A DNA stretch of 64,000 nucleotides. Origin: Diplonema japonicum. Its lineage: Eukaryota; Protista; Euglenozoa: Diplonemea. The notes under the pieces were generated by a model. That model saw nothing but the letters and a program-made list of their open reading frames with translations, was not told where the DNA came from and ran no database searches. Shown here in pieces: positions 1 through 9,832 of the stretch; position 1 is the first letter of the stretch; every line of letters starts with the position of its first letter. A program made the translations under genes and the position numbers. The DNA is taken from positions 558,001 to 622,000 of the forward strand of contig OZ025664.1 of assembly GCA_964019335.1 (NCBI GenBank), read 5' to 3'.

Positions 1-2
1 CT

Positions 3-980
3 GCATACAGGAACGCCAAGCTAACAGGAAGAGCACGACTACGCAAAGGGCAGGTGTGGAAGGCGTACAGCAGACGCCTAGACCATGCCGTAGCAACACA
101 GCTACGCCCACACAAGACACAAACAGGTGCCAGGTTCAGCTCTCTAGTGGGTGCAACGCCCTGCAGGCGCCCTACATGGGTGAACACCACGGAAGAGGCC
201 GTTGTCAGACAGCCCAGGTCTCTGTTTATTGCAGCGCGTAATAAAAAAATGCCGTATCTGCGACTGGTGGCCCGCTCTGAGGCAGTTCGTGTGATCGAAT
301 CGTGGTACTGGGGGGTAAGGGACAAGGTGTTCGTGGCGTCTTGCCGGAGGGCGCATTTACATGTTGTTTACATAAAGACGCTGTGGAGGAAGGGCATCAG
401 AAAAGTGCTGGACAGACACAAAAGGGCGGCAGTGCGGATACAAAGCGTGTGGAGACGGCGATGTGTGAAGGCAAAGCTCGAAATAAGAAGGTGTGAAGTG
501 AGGCGAGAGTGGGTGCTGGAGTACGTCCTCCCGCAGCTGATGAAGTACGGGTCGGTCGACGCAGTAAGAAAGACAGGCCAGCTGGACATGAAGGAAGAAG
601 CAGTGATCTATGCAGGGTACTCGGCCAGAATTATACAAACAGCAGTGAGAAGAATGCTGTGCAGGAAGATGGTGGAACGGCACAGAGAAGGGATCGGGAG
701 CATGCTCGCTGACTATGAAGCGGCTGAGGAGAGGATCTGGGCCGCAACGATGGTTCAAAAGCTGTATCGAGGCCACGTAAGCAGGACGCAGCAGCGTGTC
801 CAGGACACCGCCGCCCTCATCTTACAAGACTTTAGGAAGATTATCCTGGCAAAGATAAAGGCAACAGATCTCAGATGCATGCGGGCCGAACATATATTTG
901 CAATGCAAGATTCTGAACTGAGCGAAGCAGCAGCGGTCATCCAGCAAGCATGGCGCAGTCACTCTAAATCTCAATGTTAA
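3..980 (+). CDS. IQ-motif (calmodulin-binding) repeat protein, 5'-truncated by window edge
   Basis: Frame open from position 3. Repeated IQ-like motifs AAVRIQSVWRR, SARIIQTAVRR, AATMVQKLYRGH, AALILQDFRK, AAAVIQQAWRSH. Confidence 0.8.
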   Translation, partial: AYRNAKLTGRARLRKGQVWKAYSRRLDHAVATQLRPHKTQTGARFSSLVGATPCRRPTWVNTTEEAVVRQPRSLFIAARNKKMPYLRLVARSEAVRVIESWYWGVRDKVFVASCRRAHLHVVYIKTLWRKGIRKVLDRHKRAAVRIQSVWRRRCVKAKLEIRRCEVRREWVLEYVLPQLMKYGSVDAVRKTGQLDMKEEAVIYAGYSARIIQTAVRRMLCRKMVERHREGIGSMLADYEAAEERIWAATMVQKLYRGHVSRTQQRVQDTAALILQDFRKIILAKIKATDLRCMRAEHIFAMQDSELSEAAAVIQQAWRSHSKSQC

Positions 981-1389
981 AAAAAGGAGGAGAAAAATTT
1001 TCCCCTAATTTAAATGTAAATGTAAAAAGAAGGGGAAGGAAAGAAAGAGGGGGGAAACATAAAAGAAAATTGTAGAAGATTTCTTTTTTGAAGAAGCTTA
1101 TTTCTTTTTTTTTTTTCTGTCTCTAAAGGACTCCCTGTCCTGTTTTTTGCTTCTTTTTTTTTTTTTTTTCCCTCCGGCACTTTTCGCCTTGTCCCCATTC
1201 CCCTTGTTTATGCAAAAAAAAGAAAAGGAGAAAATGACAAAAAAAATCATTCTGATTTTCCTTTCCTTTCTATTTCTTTTTTGATTTCTGGTCAGGTCGG
1301 CTTCGTACTACTATTCCTCCCCCCCCCCCCCCCCTATATTCGCTATGCAAAAAAATAAATAAAAGGGGAAGAGGAGGGGGTGGGGGGGG

Positions 1390-2376
1390 ATGGAAGGCAA
1401 ACGCCAGAGCCACATAGCAGAGCTCTGGCTCAACGAGCTAGACAGCAGAAGATTCAATGAGAGCCAGGAGTTGATCACAAGCTTGGGCGAGATGAAGCTT
1501 GGCGTAGACAAGGTTGCTGCAGAACTGAGAAAATCGAACATCGAAACAAGACGGAAAACAGGCATGGCGGTAGAAAAACTAGAAGAAAAAGCTTCTGAAA
1601 TACGCCTGGCCCTAGGCACGGAAAAGGTTCAGTTCCAAGACATCAAAGAGGTCTTCCGAGAGGCGGGGGTTACAGGGGCGGGGAAACAGATAGCCATCCT
1701 CATCGAGGTGGCACGAAACACACCCGACACCTTTCTAGGGATCCATATACTGGAGATCTCCTGGTCGTTATTAAACTCAAGCACCTCGATATCGTCCAGG
1801 GACACTGTCATCAACTACCACAGCACGCTGGCTGAGATGAAACTAAGCACGGAAACAGATGATCAAATAGACGATGTTGAGCATCACCTAAGAGAGGCAT
1901 CCCGAGCAAGTTATGCACAAGCGCAGAGGCTGAAGGGGCTCGGTAGAAGAGTACAGTCGCGGGAGTACGCAAATTCTGTAATACATTTTTTGGATTTGAT
2001 ATCAAAGTTGGGTATTCAGGGAATTCCCTCAGACTCGAAGCTGCGATCTGCTGCCAGTGTGATGCAAGGGCGTGTTGTGCCTGGGAACAGATACTCGCAG
2101 CCCCTCCCTCCGCCCGTGCCTGTTCGATCCGCGTCACGTGCTGCAAGGAATTGTATCTGGGGTGCGATAGGGCTTGTGGGTGATTCTTTTCCTCTTCCCC
2201 GTGCGCGGCAGCAGCACACGCACAACACTACTGTTGACTCCACATCCACTGCTGGTCTTTCCGCAACGCCTTCGCCCACTGTTTGCAGCAACGAGACTGA
2301 GAGAAAGTTCACCACGCCCACTCTTCCTGCTTTGCCTGCGCCGTTGGGCAGAGCGGGCAGAACCCTCATTGGGTAA
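1390..2376 (+). CDS. Hypothetical protein (N-terminal helical/coiled coil, low-complexity C-terminus)
   Basis: 328-aa ATG ORF with coding-like composition between homopolymer-rich spacers. No family recognised. Confidence 0.65.
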   Translation: MEGKRQSHIAELWLNELDSRRFNESQELITSLGEMKLGVDKVAAELRKSNIETRRKTGMAVEKLEEKASEIRLALGTEKVQFQDIKEVFREAGVTGAGKQIAILIEVARNTPDTFLGIHILEISWSLLNSSTSISSRDTVINYHSTLAEMKLSTETDDQIDDVEHHLREASRASYAQAQRLKGLGRRVQSREYANSVIHFLDLISKLGIQGIPSDSKLRSAASVMQGRVVPGNRYSQPLPPPVPVRSASRAARNCIWGAIGLVGDSFPLPRARQQHTHNTTVDSTSTAGLSATPSPTVCSNETERKFTTPTLPALPAPLGRAGRTLIG

Positions 2377-3149
2377 TTGTGATCGTGTATATTTGTATAT
2401 CCCCCTCATAAAGAGCGATTTCTTTTTTGAGTTTTCGAATTATTTCTTTTTTGTTGTATTTTTTTTTTTTTTTTTTGTTTCTTCGGTTGTTTGTTGTTTC
2501 CCACGCTGATCCTATTATAACATTATCAGAGATTTCTTTTTTTTTTTTTTTTTTTTTTGTGGTGTTGATTCCGTTTTTTCGATCCTTTCCCTCCCTTTCA
2601 TTTGAAGGGAAAAAACGCTTTCTTCCTCCCTTCTTCTCCCCCTATGCTTACTGCAGACGAAATCGGGGGGGGGTTTTTTTTTTGTCTGTTTCACACTGTG
2701 GCAAAGGCTCTCAGGCGGAGTTGAAATTCGTTGGTTCCTCTGCTATGAGTTTTACGAGGGGAAGAAGAAATAATTAAAAGGTCTGAAAGCTTTGGGGTGT
2801 GTCTTATTGGCCAAAACTCTTTCAGGAAAGGGCCGAGAAAATTATTTTTTTTTCTAGCTTGATTATAGCAACCAGAAGAGAAATGCCTCAATAAGGCCAA
2901 CGTAAGGTTTTTTAGAAAAGAATGGCAAAAGAAAACCTTAAAGGGACCCCCCTTCCTACTTTCCCTTCGCCCTTTTTTTTTCTTTTCCAAGAAAAAAAAA
3001 AAAACGAAATATCTACCATTTTATATCCCCCCCTCTTCCCCATTCGCCCTCACACAAGATTCTTTGTTTCTGTTGCAAAATTGAGAAAGAAAGATAAATA
3101 CAAACAAAAAAAGAAAAAAGCTTGGTGGGAAAGAAAAGGAAAACCAAAA

Positions 3150-4442
3150 ATGAAAAGTGGGGCACATGCAACACACCCTGCAGATGTAGGTGGGAACCCA
3201 ACCAACGAGAAAATGGACACCGAACAGGTAGCCCACCACCAATGGGAGAAGGAGGTCAGGGTCATGGTGGACACGATGTACAAAGGAACGTGGGACAGAA
3301 TGAGAAAGATGATGGAGGCGCTCCCTCAGGACGTGTACACCGCGGCCACCTATTACGAGAGATGGGCCCTGGCGTTGATCAAGATCCTCATCGAGGAAAA
3401 GGCCATTTCACACGAAGAACTACTTCTAAAGCTTGGCTACACTGGCACTGAGGAAGGCCCTCCTTCAGAGCCAATGTACAAAGCAGGCGACACAGTTAAG
3501 GTGAAGAAGGAGTACGCCCATAAGACACCATGGGAACGCCCGCACCTCCGAACACCCGGGTACATATTTGGCGCTGAAGGTGTTGTTGAAAGAGTTTGCG
3601 GATCGTTCCCTTGCCCGTCACTGCTGGCCGTTGGCGTGCGTGGGAACACGGCTTCCCTGTACCGTGTCCGGTTCAAGCAGGCAGACCTATGGGAGGCGTA
3701 TGAAGGAACGCACGACGACACGATTGATGTGGAAGTCTACGAGAGCTGGCTGATGCCTCCCAGCAACGACGAACACGACAAGCGACGCAAGACGGAAGCC
3801 ATCAAGAAGAACCCCCACGACTACGCCAAGTACAGCGAAGGGGAGAAGCCGCAGTACCAACGCGTCATCGAAGCACTCAAAACAGTTCTAATGGACAAAG
3901 GACACATCACCCTCGACGCCTTGCGAGGCAAGGTGGAGGCAATGGACATCGATGAGATCCCTCCACACGGCGTGGAAATGTGCGTACGCGCCTGGCAGGA
4001 CCCTGAGTTCAAAAGGCTCATGCTTGAGGACAGCCAGGCGGCAATGAAGCAGACGGGTCTTGATGAGTCGGGCTCGACTACTGATGAGCATAAACACGGG
4101 ACGCTGCTTGTTGTGGTTGAAAACACACCGGATGTGCACAATGTAGTTGTGTGTACCTTGTGTTCATGCTACCCTACCAAACTGCTAGGAAAGCCCCCTG
4201 CTTGGTACAAGTCCGTGTCCTACAGGTCAAGAGTGGTGAAGGAACCACGAACCGTGCTTTCAGAGTTCGGTACAACGCTTCCTAAGAACAAGACCATCAG
4301 GGTCCACGATAGTACCGCAGACATGCGCTACCTCGTCCTCCCCGAGAGGCCTGCGGGCACAGAGGACTTTACCTCTGAGCAGCTAGCAGGCCTCCTCACC
4401 CGCGATGCTCTGGTCGGTGTTACCGTGCCTTTGAACCAATAA
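3150..4442 (+). CDS. Fused nitrile hydratase beta-alpha subunits, cobalt type
   Basis: Beta-like N-half (HPADVGG, YYERW, HLRTPGYIFG, LYRVRF, DVYESWL-like). Alpha-like C-half with the metal motif VVCTLCSCYP, plus WYKSVSYRSR and DSTADMRYLVLPERP. Start placed at ATG 3150 because the upstream in-frame sequence is homopolymeric UTR. Confidence 0.93.
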   Translation: MKSGAHATHPADVGGNPTNEKMDTEQVAHHQWEKEVRVMVDTMYKGTWDRMRKMMEALPQDVYTAATYYERWALALIKILIEEKAISHEELLLKLGYTGTEEGPPSEPMYKAGDTVKVKKEYAHKTPWERPHLRTPGYIFGAEGVVERVCGSFPCPSLLAVGVRGNTASLYRVRFKQADLWEAYEGTHDDTIDVEVYESWLMPPSNDEHDKRRKTEAIKKNPHDYAKYSEGEKPQYQRVIEALKTVLMDKGHITLDALRGKVEAMDIDEIPPHGVEMCVRAWQDPEFKRLMLEDSQAAMKQTGLDESGSTTDEHKHGTLLVVVENTPDVHNVVVCTLCSCYPTKLLGKPPAWYKSVSYRSRVVKEPRTVLSEFGTTLPKNKTIRVHDSTADMRYLVLPERPAGTEDFTSEQLAGLLTRDALVGVTVPLNQ

Positions 4443-4872
4443 AAAAGTACTTTTTTTTGTACTTCAATAAACGTAAGGGGTTTTTCTTTTCCCTCCAAAA
4501 AAAAGGGAAGAAGAAAAAAAGCGATATATTTTATACCATATTATGTCCCCCTCCCACGAACCCGAGCTAGGAACCCTGCTTTATAATGTATGGATGAAAA
4601 TAAAATTGAAGAAAAAAGCGTGGTAGTGTTGTCTTCCTCGTTCTTAATGTCCCCCTCCCTCCCCCTCCTTTTTCGACTGGGGGTAAATAATTTCTTTTTT
4701 GTGTCCCCAACCTTGCGTCGTTGTCGCTTGAGGTTGGAACGCACCTCCGGATGGTTCAAATAAAAAAAAGAACTATCCCACTCCACCTTTATCCTCTTCC
4801 ATCTGGCTGGTGAGAATTTTATTCTATTTTCCCTCCTCCCTGTGCCTAAGCCTCGTCAGGAAATGTGGTAAG

Positions 4873-6423
4873 ATGAATACCCGCGGGAGGGCACGACGGA
4901 CGACAGAGGGGCTGCTCGTCGTGGAGCACGATGACAAAACATTCCGGTTGCATAATGTTGATTTTGAGAGAAGGAAGTTGATGGATTTGCAGAAGATACT
5001 CTCTCAGCAGACGGGTGAAGACCCGGAGGTGCATCACTTGACGTTCAAGGGGCTACGGCTGCGCAACATGACACAGACATTAAGGCAGGTGGGCCTCACG
5101 CACAGTTCAGTGCTGCAGCTTACAATTTTAAAATGCCTTGTTGTCATCACCCCGCAAGAGGATGCTGAGTTACGCTTCCACAACATAGACACAGCGGTGT
5201 GCCAATGCGGGCAACTGCGTGCCGCCATCATGACCCGTCTTGCCAACGACAAAGCGGTGCTGTTGCACTGTAGCGGTCGTGTCATCCCACCCGCTTCTTA
5301 CCACATGACCCTCTCTTCACAAGGCATTAAGCAAGGCACCATCATCAGTGTTACGTACGGTACTGCTGAAGTACCACGATCGCCAATCACCGGTCCAACG
5401 AAGACCCCACTCCAACCCGGCAAGCCCAGACCCAAGCCTCTTAACTGGCCCCGGGGTACAATCAGAATCTTCATTCTCGCAGAGGGCATCGCGGCTACAA
5501 AGGAAGACGCTGGGCTTTATCCCGCGAAGAGCGAGGTGTCGAAGCTTCCCCTGCCTCCCATTCGGCCAACAACCCTGCTCACGGATGTCAGGTACCTTGT
5601 GTACGATTTGCTCGGCGTGGCCCCCAGAGCGCAACTGCTGTTCAACAACGGAACTCCTTTGCCGCAGTACGGCACACAGCAGGAGGTGCGGACAACCGTC
5701 CGACAAATTGCTTATGATGAGGACTGCTTGACGCTCGCGGTCGATGGCAGCCACAAAGAGACCAACTATGTAAAAGAACTGCTTCCGTCGTCCAGAGTGC
5801 CGTGGTGCATACACTGCATCACACACGACGCACTCGGCATTGCAGAGTGGGAACCCCACTTCGTGCAACCTTCATGGGATGTTGCCGACCTACTGTCCGT
5901 CATAACCTCACAAGCAAAGGGAAGGCATGACTTCTGCTCGTTGTACTTCAGAGGAGAAGAAGTGAAACCCAGCCTTACGATAGAGGGTGCAGGGCTGAAT
6001 GAGGGTGCTGTTGTTATGGTGCTGCTGCATGAGACATTGGACCTTAATGTAGATGTCGTCCTGGGAGACGGCAGGGTGCTGGAGACAATGATCCGAGGGG
6101 TGCCTCCTGAGTCGCTTGTGTCAGAGGTCATCATGCGTTCTCTGCATGCTACGAAGACCCCTGCTGGTGGTCACCATGCATCGTACAATGGCTTGCGGTT
6201 GCCCCCAACGGCTTCCATCTCCAGTTGTGGCATCCCCCACCGTGGGACACTTACCCTATCTCACCTGCAAACCTTTCGGACAGCAACACCACCGGCATCT
6301 CCGAAGTCCGTGAAGTTTGCACACAGCCTCCCCCGTGCTCCATCCGTCCCCCCTTCCATGCCCGAGTCCGTCACACCCGAACCCAGAGGTAGGGTGCGGT
6401 GGCCCCCCATCACCAACCCCTAG
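4873..6423 (+). CDS. Protein with multiple ubiquitin-like (beta-grasp) domains
   Basis: Repeated UBL-type segments, e.g. HHLTFKGLRLRNMTQTLRQVGLTHSSVLQL, SLYFRGEEVKPSLTIEGAGLNEGAVVMV and ASYNGLRLPPTASISSCGIPHRGTLTL. Confidence 0.65.
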   Translation: MNTRGRARRTTEGLLVVEHDDKTFRLHNVDFERRKLMDLQKILSQQTGEDPEVHHLTFKGLRLRNMTQTLRQVGLTHSSVLQLTILKCLVVITPQEDAELRFHNIDTAVCQCGQLRAAIMTRLANDKAVLLHCSGRVIPPASYHMTLSSQGIKQGTIISVTYGTAEVPRSPITGPTKTPLQPGKPRPKPLNWPRGTIRIFILAEGIAATKEDAGLYPAKSEVSKLPLPPIRPTTLLTDVRYLVYDLLGVAPRAQLLFNNGTPLPQYGTQQEVRTTVRQIAYDEDCLTLAVDGSHKETNYVKELLPSSRVPWCIHCITHDALGIAEWEPHFVQPSWDVADLLSVITSQAKGRHDFCSLYFRGEEVKPSLTIEGAGLNEGAVVMVLLHETLDLNVDVVLGDGRVLETMIRGVPPESLVSEVIMRSLHATKTPAGGHHASYNGLRLPPTASISSCGIPHRGTLTLSHLQTFRTATPPASPKSVKFAHSLPRAPSVPPSMPESVTPEPRGRVRWPPITNP

Positions 6424-6499
6424 TTGTAGATGTATGTTTCTGTTTAGCCTTCATGTTATTGTACAGCTTGCCTTTAACCATTAGAACCACTCAGGAAAG

Positions 6500-7786
6500 A
6501 TGCTTGCCAGGCACGCAAGACGATGGATGGGGACGAGTGCTGAGTTGAAGAGATGCATGCGGCTGACGGATCATGAGACGCGTTGTCACGCCATCACAGT
6601 GTTCAAAACACAGCTAAAGGAAAAGGAGAGCGAGATCAAAGAGGCCAACATGAAGGACTGCGAAGCGTTTGCGGAGAAGGGCATCTCGGAGGATGCAGTT
6701 AGAAAGGCTAACAAAATGTACTTGAGCGACGAGCGGATCGAAAAGTGCATCGATGACCTCGACGAACTGTTGCAGACGAAGGACCACGTGGGGTCGCTGT
6801 GCTCCGAGTGGGAGACGGAAAACAAGGTAGCAATAAGGAGGATCCGCGTGCCATTTGGTGTGGTTGGTTTGTTCTACGGGAGCGATCCGACGCTCACTGT
6901 AAGGTCAATAGGCCTCTTTCTCAAAACGGGGAATGTAGCGCGTCTGAAAGGTTCATCAAACATTAAGCACACAGATGCTGCCATTATCTCTGCTGCACAT
7001 AAAGCTCTCGAAGCAGCAGGCCTTCCCTCAGAGGCTGTTCTTGCCGCCCCGTCTAACTCAGAAGCGTTCCTTTCGAGCGATGCCTTGGATCTCGTAATCT
7101 CTGTCGGCGGTACTGAGCTGCAGCGTTTTGTGAAGCAGCACAGCTTGGCACCAGTAATCCACCACGGACCTGTGGTGTGTTCTGTATATGTACACGTCGA
7201 TGCGGAACCGATACAAGTTATTAGAATCATCAAAAACGCAAAGCTGCAGGACCCAGAGAGCCACAATGCAGTAGACCACATCCTCGTACACAGGGACTAT
7301 CCTAAGCTGAGTGAGCTGCTGGACGTGCTTCATGAAGAAGGCGTCGATATCGTTGGGAGCAAGTCCATAAAGAAGGTCACAGACTGCAGAGTCGGCGGCA
7401 GGGCAGATTGGGGTGTGGAGCAGCTGGCCAAAAAGGTGTCAGTACGAACGGTCTCTGCCCTCGAAGAGGCCATCGACGAGATGAACAAGCACAGCACCGG
7501 GCACGTCGACGCCATCATCACAAAACGTGACGACATCGCCGAGCAGTTCCAGCAGGAGGTCGATTCGGTCCTCACCTTCCACAACACATCCCCACGCTTC
7601 GCAGACGCTGAAGGCATGGGCATGGGTCCTGGTATAGGCCTCGCCGCCAATTCTTTTTCCTGCGGCCCCATCTCCTCCAAAGAGCTCTTGGCCATAAGGT
7701 ACAACGTTACGAGCATCGGGCGCACACGCCCTATCTCGGCTGTGTCCTCAAACCCCGTAGTTTCGTTCGGCAGAAACTCTGTTTAG
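6500..7786 (+). CDS. Gamma-glutamyl phosphate reductase (ProA)-like ALDH-fold protein, probably mitochondrial and catalytically degenerate
   Basis: RVPFGVVGLFY, KTGN..LKG, VYVH.DA, NAK.Q.P...NAV..ILVH and HNTSPRFAD match the ProA layout. N-terminus MLARHARRW resembles a mitochondrial presequence. Confidence 0.85.
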   Translation: MLARHARRWMGTSAELKRCMRLTDHETRCHAITVFKTQLKEKESEIKEANMKDCEAFAEKGISEDAVRKANKMYLSDERIEKCIDDLDELLQTKDHVGSLCSEWETENKVAIRRIRVPFGVVGLFYGSDPTLTVRSIGLFLKTGNVARLKGSSNIKHTDAAIISAAHKALEAAGLPSEAVLAAPSNSEAFLSSDALDLVISVGGTELQRFVKQHSLAPVIHHGPVVCSVYVHVDAEPIQVIRIIKNAKLQDPESHNAVDHILVHRDYPKLSELLDVLHEEGVDIVGSKSIKKVTDCRVGGRADWGVEQLAKKVSVRTVSALEEAIDEMNKHSTGHVDAIITKRDDIAEQFQQEVDSVLTFHNTSPRFADAEGMGMGPGIGLAANSFSCGPISSKELLAIRYNVTSIGRTRPISAVSSNPVVSFGRNSV

Positions 7787-7833
7787 ACCTTGGTTACCTT
7801 CTCTTTTTGGTAGAGTCAATATATTTATCCTCG

Positions 7834-9140
7834 CACCACAGATTAACGATACACACAACTCACCATGTGGAGGGACATCGGAGTGACAATGCTGGTGGCG
7901 TGCGTGACTGGGGTAACTGGACACGGGTACGTGAAGAGCCCGCCGTCGCGAGGGTACGCGTGCAACCAGAAGATGAACAGCGGGTGTGGGGCGGTGCAGT
8001 ACGAACCGCAGAGTGTGGAGGGGCCGGACAGGTACCCCGCGTCGGGACCTCCTGACGGGGCGCTGGCCTCTGCGGGGAGCGGAACATGGTCGCCGCTGAA
8101 CGAGCAGTCGTCAACGAGGTGGGCGAAGACGGCGGCGTCTGCTGGGCTGACCGAGTTCACCTGGCAGTTCACAGCGAACCACGTGACCCTGGACTGGAGG
8201 TACTACATCACGAAGGACGGGTGGAACCCGGAGGCTCCTCTTGGGAGGGACTCGTTCGAGGACAGCCCCTTCTGTGCCGAGGCGGGAGGGATGGTGAAGC
8301 CCCCCATGGTCACGACCCACTCCTGCACCCTCCCCTCCAAGATCGGCTACCACGTCGTCATGGCCATCTGGGATGTCGGTGACACTGCCGCCAGCTTCTA
8401 CAACGCTGTCGACCTTGACTTTGGTGGTGGTAATGGTAATGGTGGTGGTGGCAATGGGAACGGGAATGGGAACGGGAACGGGAACGGGAACAACGACCCC
8501 AAGACACCTGTCCCTACCCCGGCTCCCACACCGATGCCCCCTACTCCTCCTGTCCCGACACCCCGCACCCCGGCTCCCACTCCGGCTCCCACACCGTCGC
8601 CCCCCACCGGCGGGAGCAACAACTGCCAGATGATGATCCCCATGTGGGGCGGCTGCTTGCACGCCCCCACGTGCTGCTCGGGTGGAGCCTCGTGCTACCA
8701 GCAGAGCAAGTGGTACGCGCAGTGCTTGAAGAACAACCATCTCGGATACAAGATTGGCTAAGCGCTGTTCCTTTCTGCTGCTGCAAAGAAAAACAACAAC
8801 AACAAAGGAAAAAGAGGCTCTCTTTCCTTCCTCCCAACTTCTACTTTCATTTATGTTCCATTATTCTGTGCCTGCGGTACTCGTGAGTTTTATCTATTAA
8901 CACAATATCTTATTCCATTATGGCTGAAAACCTCTTCTCCATGTTTTATTGCGACCCTTGTTGAGAGACGTATGGTCTCTTGTCGCCAGCTTCCCTCCGC
9001 ATTATAACCTCTTCTGCTTCCGTCTTGGACTTGGTCCGGACGAAGCCGAGGAGTGATCCCATTTTTTTTTTGTTTAAGGGCGTCCTATGAGACATTTTTA
9101 CTTTTATAGCTCGTCTTTCCCCCGTTCTTGTTTTACTTCC
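7834..9140 (+). repeat. Dispersed ~1.3-kb duplication, copy 1 (LPMO gene plus 5' leader and 3' region)
   Basis: Nearly identical to 49692-50985, from caccacagattaacgatac to ttttacttcc. Confidence 0.95.
7865..8761 (+). CDS. Secreted AA10 lytic polysaccharide monooxygenase (CBP21/GbpA-like) with Gly-Asn and Pro-Thr linkers and C-terminal CBM1-like module, copy 1
   Basis: Signal peptide ending VTG, then mature His1 (HGYV). Motifs QYEPQSVEG, FTANH and WDVGDTAASFY. C-terminal WGGC...CCSGGASCYQQSKWYAQCL. Confidence 0.93.
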   Translation: MWRDIGVTMLVACVTGVTGHGYVKSPPSRGYACNQKMNSGCGAVQYEPQSVEGPDRYPASGPPDGALASAGSGTWSPLNEQSSTRWAKTAASAGLTEFTWQFTANHVTLDWRYYITKDGWNPEAPLGRDSFEDSPFCAEAGGMVKPPMVTTHSCTLPSKIGYHVVMAIWDVGDTAASFYNAVDLDFGGGNGNGGGGNGNGNGNGNGNGNNDPKTPVPTPAPTPMPPTPPVPTPRTPAPTPAPTPSPPTGGSNNCQMMIPMWGGCLHAPTCCSGGASCYQQSKWYAQCLKNNHLGYKIG

Positions 9141-9218
9141 TCCCTTTTCTTGAAACAGTTTTTTTTTTTAGTCTCAAAAGATCTATTGCGTATTCAATGC
9201 ACTTCCAGAGCCGTGGTG

Positions 9219-9731
9219 ATGGCATACCTCGCAGAGAGGGAAGAGCTAGGGCTACTGAAGAGGACGGAGCCGTTCTTGAAATTGAGGGCGGCGGAGCAGG
9301 GATATGAGGTTGAGATGTTGAAGGGGCGATTGGAAGCACTAGAGGGGTTGGACGGGGGGGACTTGGATGTGGTGCTGGGGTACTTGGCAGATGCCGCCGC
9401 ACTAAAAAGCAAGCTAACTGGAATCTTGAAAAGCCAAGAAGAAGATGTCAGTAGACTGCAGGTCATGCACACAGAATGCTCCGATGTCACCTCGCAAATT
9501 GTCACCCGACTGAAGTTCGAACTCCACCAACAGCACCTCCGTCACGCGTCCCTCCGAGCAACTCAGGCATCCCTCCTACAGCCACAACGCCTTCTCTCCG
9601 CAGAGGCCGACCTTGTCGGCACTGAGATCCAACATACCTCCCTCAAAGCGCAGCTTGCAGAGAAGGCCAAGTCTGTCTCTGACATCACCAGCATTATCCA
9701 GCGGCACATCAGCAGGCCGCCTGCTCCGTGA
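9219..9731 (+). CDS. Small coiled-coil hypothetical protein
   Basis: 170-aa ATG ORF with heptad-like L/E/K/Q composition. Confidence 0.65.
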   Translation: MAYLAEREELGLLKRTEPFLKLRAAEQGYEVEMLKGRLEALEGLDGGDLDVVLGYLADAAALKSKLTGILKSQEEDVSRLQVMHTECSDVTSQIVTRLKFELHQQHLRHASLRATQASLLQPQRLLSAEADLVGTEIQHTSLKAQLAEKAKSVSDITSIIQRHISRPPAP

Positions 9732-9832
9732 TTGAACAAATGTATTTGCTAGTTTTTCTCTTTTTTATTTGTACCTAAAATGTTGTTTTGTACTTACTTT
9801 TAACTGATTGCTTTCATGCCTGCGGCCCCAAA

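Noticed and set aside
4725-4765. GGTTCAAAT tRNA T-loop-like motif
   Set aside because: No T-stem, acceptor stem or cloverleaf can be built. No tRNA, rRNA, SL RNA or CRISPR array was recognised in the window.
3150-8761. NHase, ProA-like and LPMO as a bacterial contaminant or a functional HGT operon
   Set aside because: They are interleaved with eukaryotic genes, share the host's spacer style and targeting peptides, and have no common pathway. Neighbourhood in polycistrons usually does not imply shared function.
7834-9140. Helitron-mediated capture as the cause of the LPMO duplication
   Set aside because: No 5' TC start or 3' CTRR terminus following the hairpin at the duplication boundaries.
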